Assembly (NCBI GenBank): GCA_002633005.1
Contig: NMRA01000829.1
Location: forward strand, 62,001-126,000
Direction of reading: 5' to 3'
From: Phoronis australis
Lineage: Eukaryota; Animalia; Phoronida
Length of the DNA: 64,000 nt
A program made the translations under genes and the position numbers. Shown piece after piece: positions 58,680-64,000 of the stretch (within the stretch, counting starts at the first letter, position 1; the number at the start of each line of letters is the position of its first letter). Under the pieces are notes generated by a model. The model saw only the letters and a program-made list of their open reading frames with translations. It was not told where the DNA came from and did no database searches.

Positions 58680-59085
58680 ATGCATGGCTACTGGTACACC
58701 AGGATATCTTATATCATAACAATGGCATCAGGATAGAGCATTAGGATATCGCATGAAGTTGACATGATATTAAGATATCCTGTGTTGCTACATTGATATT
58801 ATAATATTGTGAAATTAAGACATCAAGTATTGCTTTTGATATCGTGTGTTTCTACATTGACACTATAGTGTCATGAATTTATGATATCACGTTTTGTTAG
58901 ATGGTAAGGAGATATTACATGTTATTGAAATGAAATTAAGGCACCACATGTCGGTACAATGAAATCAAAATATAACATATTGCTGCCATAGTTTCAAGAT
59001 ATCACATGTGGCTGCAGTCCAACCAAGATGTCATGTAGCTACAATGACATCGATATATCACTTGTTGTTACAATGGTATCAGGTT
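58680..59085. repeat. Degenerate ~30-bp tandem array (…AAGATATCACATGTKGCTACAATGACATC…)
   Basis: Recurring GATATC / CTACAATG cores. Confidence 0.6.
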
Positions 59086-61221
59086 AGCATGGAACAGTGC
59101 TGTTGTTGCAATCATATGTGAGCCGGAAGCCAGCAGTATCCCTGAATCTAATCCCCTCTTCCATGGTACGATAATGACATATCTGCCACTATTATGGTGA
59201 AATTTGGACCTACAAATACGAATAGAAATGCAGTCACATCGCAGTTTCTAATATTTTGCAGGGCTTTATTTTTTGATTGAGGCAACTGTGGGGGCAATTT
59301 TTGCGTTTGAATGGTTTTTAGAATAATGTGTTTGGATTAATGTGTGTGCTCTGGCAACCATTGCACCCATTGTGTGCTCCTGGAAATTTGAGAAGGAGTG
59401 AGATTGATCAGCTCCATAGCCTGGTTAAAATTTCCAAGGCCTTAGTAATTTGTCGTGATGTGTAATTCTGGCCTAATTATTGTCATTGTTTTTAATTTTA
59501 GCATTTTAATTTTATTTCACTGGGTCCAAAATGTCAAAATGACATTATACTAAACAAGCCAATACTGGAAATTGTTATTCGATTCAGTAGAAGTACTTTT
59601 GTTTCACTTAATTTTATGAATTTGCAGAGAAAGCTGTTAACCAAGAATAGGAATTTCTTTGTTGCTTCAAGTTTTTTTATTGATTATTAACACTAAATGT
59701 GATGATTTAAATTATTTACTTGTATTACATTCCTTATAAAAATGATATTTGGGGATCTTAAACTGTTATTGGAAAAATTGTTTGGCTGCTTACTTTGTCC
59801 TTCAATGGAGTGTTTGTTATATGTTTTGTGAAGAGGTGTATACAAGGATTTTAGTATTAAAGTTATAAAATTATATTAACCAAGATGCGGAATTACTTTT
59901 TGTATTAAATTATGATGATTGCAATTGATTTTTAATGTTTTTACATGAGATTTAGATCATTTAATTTCATTTAAGTATTTTAGGTGTGATGGCTGATATT
60001 TAAATTATTTATTGTACCCTGTTATTGTTATAGCAATGTGTAGTTGTACTGTTCTAGTCCATTTATTTGTTGTGTGCGTTCATTTTGGTCATTAGGGACT
60101 TGTAGGCTGGTGATCCCAAAATGCCACAATTTATGCCTTTATCTTTCCCAAAGTCTTTATGAATTAAAAATCTCTGAAAACAAAATCAACAATTTTGATG
60201 TTAGTTATTGGTATGTGGTGAGTCTGTTGTTTCATCACCCTTTAAGTCAATAGAATTTTGATGTAGCCCACTGATATTAAAATGATCTCAACTGGGTGCC
60301 CCTTACGCCCGTTAGAAGTAATTTCTAGGCTCCAAAAACTGAATAGTTTGTTTTGCTCGAGGCCATGCACTGCATGTAAAATGACCAACAAGGTCTTCCA
60401 GTTTATCGAGTGTGGTCTCGAGCAATAACTTACTTTCATTTCTTCTAAGCTCAAAAACATCTTCGAATATAAGTCAGAAACAATTTCAGACCCATTTTGT
60501 AATGACAACTGCCCTCACTAAGTCAAAAGTCCTATTATTTACAGAAGGCAGAAGGCAAACTTGATGGTAGTCGAGGGGGTTGTGGGTCGAGGCGTGTGGG
60601 GGTCAATGGGGTTTTAGAACAATCCTAATCGTTCAGGTTTCTACACGAAATTAATGTTGCACATTGTAAAAGCATCAAACAAGTACGCCTTGAGTTAAAC
60701 ATTTGTACCTATTACTAAAAAGGATATACTTTTTACCGGTCAAACAATTGAATATTGGCAGACTCAATATTAAAGATTTCAAAGCTTTTTGAATCCTAAG
60801 AAATTAATCAAAGCACTGAGATTCAAGCCATTGACATGAAGTCAAAAATTTGAGAAAAGAATTTTGGAATCAAAATTTTCCATTGTACGAAACATTCAAC
60901 GTATTCCAAATATTAGACGATTTTCATTCGTAATTTGGTTTATGGAGATCGCTAACAAACAAATGTTTATCACACAACTGAAATTTGTACGTTTGTATGT
61001 TGTGCTACTGAGGTTCAGAATGTATAGTCTTAAGTTTAGCAATGTTTGAAACAAAAGCAATCCACGAAGGAAGTTTGATGAACATATTGTGAGCGACGTT
61101 TCATTTATGATGTACTAATGGGCTAACCTTTTTCTATCTACTAATATGTTATAGTTAACAGCGGCGAACCTAGGACACCATATGTTGCATCGGCAATTGG
61201 GTAAAGCGCGATTGTATGTGC

Positions 61222-61452
61222 ACAGGCGGCCCGAAAGTTGCGGGGGCCGGGGATGTGGACCCTCTGTTCACAAAATCTATCGGTGGACTAAACAAAAACC
61301 GGAACACGATTCCGCCGTGGTCTGAGCCCCCCTCATCCGCCCGTTACTGAACTCAATTTTTTCTTACGCTTCACGATGTTGCTATTTTTGCTATCTGATT
61401 TTGCTTGCGGCAGTCAACGGGGGCCGGGCCCCCTCCCCCTAAATCCGCCTAT
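61222..61452 (-). mobile_element. GC-ended MITE related to the insertion at 2431
   Basis: Right end CCCCCTAAATCCGCCTATA is the reverse complement of TATAGGCGGATTTAGGGGG; left end decayed (CAGGCGG...). Confidence 0.6.
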
Positions 61453-61507
61453 AGTTAAATAATGAATATAGCACATTGGTTGCCACGCGTCACAAGTCAA
61501 GAAGAAA

Positions 61508-62165
61508 ATGGCGTCTGGTAGTGCAGTTGACACGGGTAATCTGGAGACAATTCCCGACGACTTTTCAGTCAGCTATTTTCCGAAAGGAGATAATTTTGGG
61601 GAAAGAGTCGAGAGAAGGGCCTTAGGTTACTATCTGCAAGGTTACATCAGCGACATAATAATTTACAGTTGTGAGAATGAAGTAAACGTATGGGCCAAGT
61701 GCTCACCACCGATGCGCAGAGAAGCCGCATGAAATACGCATGCAAATAGCTGGGACAAGGATTTTAGATTCGTTTTGTTCTTGGTAAGGGTTAGTGAACA
61801 CTGGTAAAATTATTGTTGTTCTTTTATAACTCCAGCTCCCGTTGTTATTGGTTTTCCATCTAAGAAGTAATCGTTGCTGGCTTTTCTCAAGGGTATCACC
61901 CGGAGGATACTCTCGTAGAACAGGCCTAACGATACAACAAAATGCTTTAGACCAGCTATTTTATTGTATAGAAAGGACTCTTCTAGTTACCTTTCTTTAG
62001 CCCCAGCCCCTCACAAAAAGTCTCTTACTCTTGAAATTGTAGTTTCACAACTTCAAGAACATCTCAGATCAGCTGAGCTGCACAATTATACTCCAACAGT
62101 GGCAAGTGCTTAGCGGTACAAAAATAGCACCCAATAATCTAATAGTTGCCAAGGCTGCTGAGACA
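61508..62165 (+). pseudogene. Frameshifted SWIM zinc-finger ORF of the SWIM/YqaJ-exonuclease type (ISL2EU/Kolobok-class transposon accessory gene)
   Basis: RALGYYLQGYI...VWAKCSPPMRR/KPHEIRMQIAGTRILDSFCSC|GTAAGG, then LSCTIILQQWQVLSGTKIAP (~62073-62132), matching A.C..SMRK...PH...C.C and SCT....QW..P; contains a frameshift and stops. Confidence 0.6.
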
Positions 62166-64000
62166 TGAAAGATTTGTAATGTAAAAACTACAACGCCGGT
62201 AAGAACTAATTTGTGATATATTTTCAATAAATCAAAATACGTCACATGCTCGCTAAATCTCGCAAGTGTAAAAGTTATTGAGAGACTGGGACGCGCTTGA
62301 ATTCTAACCCAGCTAATGCTAAAAGCAATGTTATCGTTGATTTATCCGAAGATTAGTAAATGGCATTCCACTTTTATCCAACAACCAGCCTATTATAGTC
62401 GTGTTTAAGACTACGGTGAAATATGTTTGTGTATTTGTGTCAGTGAAAGATGTGGTCGGCAAACATGTAAATTTAAACCAGATAAGCATAAAAAGTATAC
62501 TATTTCAAAACGAAATGGTGGAACATGAGTCACAACGCAGATAGACTTGTGATCTCAATGCCCATTGATCATCACACTGAGCAGGACATTGTCCACTACT
62601 GAATACACGTGACATTCCATTTTCGCATTTTATAAAGGTAACCTGGTTTACAGGAAAGGTTTGCAACTGAAATAGCAATTGGAAAAAATCAGAGTGAGAG
62701 AAATGAGAGACAATTAGAAATGTTGAAGTACGCATACCGGTGTTTCCCGTAGATAAGCCCACCCGATAAAACGCCCATGGGCTTTTATTCGGTGTTACAA
62801 CTTGTGGTGTCAAGTCCCCAGACAGTGGGTTGCTTATTTGGAAATTTTCCTCTTAAAAGCCCACTCAGAGTCAACTTTTTGTCACAAATTGAGTTTCGTG
62901 AAGCATTTGTCATTTATAAAAACGAACAAGGCGTTGGCGAACCATGTAATGGCCATACAGGATATAATTTACTTGACCTTCCACTGTAATAAGCCTCTGA
63001 GGTTTTAATTTTAGTGTTATAGAGTTGGAGTTGAGACAAGTTTTACTTCGTTTTATCTGAAACGAGTATGTTTGTGTAGAAGATGGTACATTCAAGATCT
63101 AAGTCTATGGTAAGTCTTTCAACTTTCTTTATAATCAAAATATTTAAATAATTGCATTTTTATGTCTTTGAAATTCCTTTATATTTTAATATTTTGATTA
63201 TTTAAGTAATTGCAAATTCAAGTATCAGATTGGCCTAATGGACGGCTAACATGCATTTGGCAGGGTCCTAGAAACTATTTCTAAAGCAGGAGATGCTGCC
63301 AAATACTTGCATCTGTCCCTCCTAAAAATATTTCAAAATCTAACCACCTCTTTACTATGAGTTGAAGAATTCTTTTTACTATAAAAACTCCAGAGAGCCG
63401 TAGATTTCTATGCTTTATATAGCTGAGAATAATTGCACTTCGTAAGATTTTCCAGATTCACTGTGAAATGGTGCCTTTTCTGAGAGAATTCCTTACAAAT
63501 GGGTGCCCTTTCCATTTTGTGGACTAGAACGCTACAAAATGTTCTCTCAGATGGAATCCCTCGATCAAATAACTAAGTAATAATTCTACATGTAACAAAT
63601 TCCAATCAGAAGAAAATAAGCATATGTACATACTAGGATTTCCACTGAAGCATATCTTGAAGGACTGAGTTAAATCGCTCATAAAACTTTTACACCTTGG
63701 TCCGGTTCACTCCTAAATTGTCAAGCACGAATTTTTTCTCAAAAATATTTTATACTTCAAACAAGCCTGGAAAATTAGCGACCAAAGGTATAGATGTGCT
63801 GCGTTGCTTGCCCAGTTCTTAGATGTACTTAGATGTAGCATGAAACAGTACATGTTTTCACATAGATATAATGTGAGTGATTTAGTATCAAGTCAGTGAC
63901 TGGAAACTAAATCTCAAACTTGAAATGGGAAATTATAGGATAAAAAAAATTACTGAAGTTATTTTGTCTGAATTGCCATAATATACAGATTCTCAAATCT

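Noticed and set aside
60242-60508. Weak resemblance to a MULE/SWIM transposase N-terminal zinc finger (H..VHG...FSF.SLE)
   Set aside because: Requires frameshifts and is too degenerate to support without a search.

Overview
Eukaryotic (animal, probably marine invertebrate; AT-rich, GT-AG introns) genomic DNA, not prokaryotic. Two spliced protein-coding genes lie head-to-head. (1) A complete full-size ABCA5-like lipid/cholesterol transporter on +: 32 coding exons from 22617 to 56106, all splice phases consistent, about 1739 aa by my count, with two TMDs and two intact NBDs. (2) A multi-exon, divergent organic solute transporter alpha (SLC51A/OST-alpha)-like gene on - (about 14511 to 6251) that the ORF track shows only in fragments. 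It appears to lack the family's poly-cysteine motif and has a long Ser/Thr-rich tail; its start codon was not located. Intergenic and intronic DNA holds many non-autonomous transposons (IS3EU-like, PIF/Harbinger, hAT-like and 5-bp-TSD MITEs, two inverted Helentron/HINE copies, a foldback-ended element with a nested insertion), decayed LINE, Penelope, THAP and SWIM-nuclease remnants, and mini/microsatellites. A 52-bp triplication across one ABCA5 splice acceptor creates two frameshifting decoy acceptors. A duplication around the single N at 2481 looks like two alleles, one carrying a MITE insertion. All family assignments come from motif recognition by eye; no database search was run.
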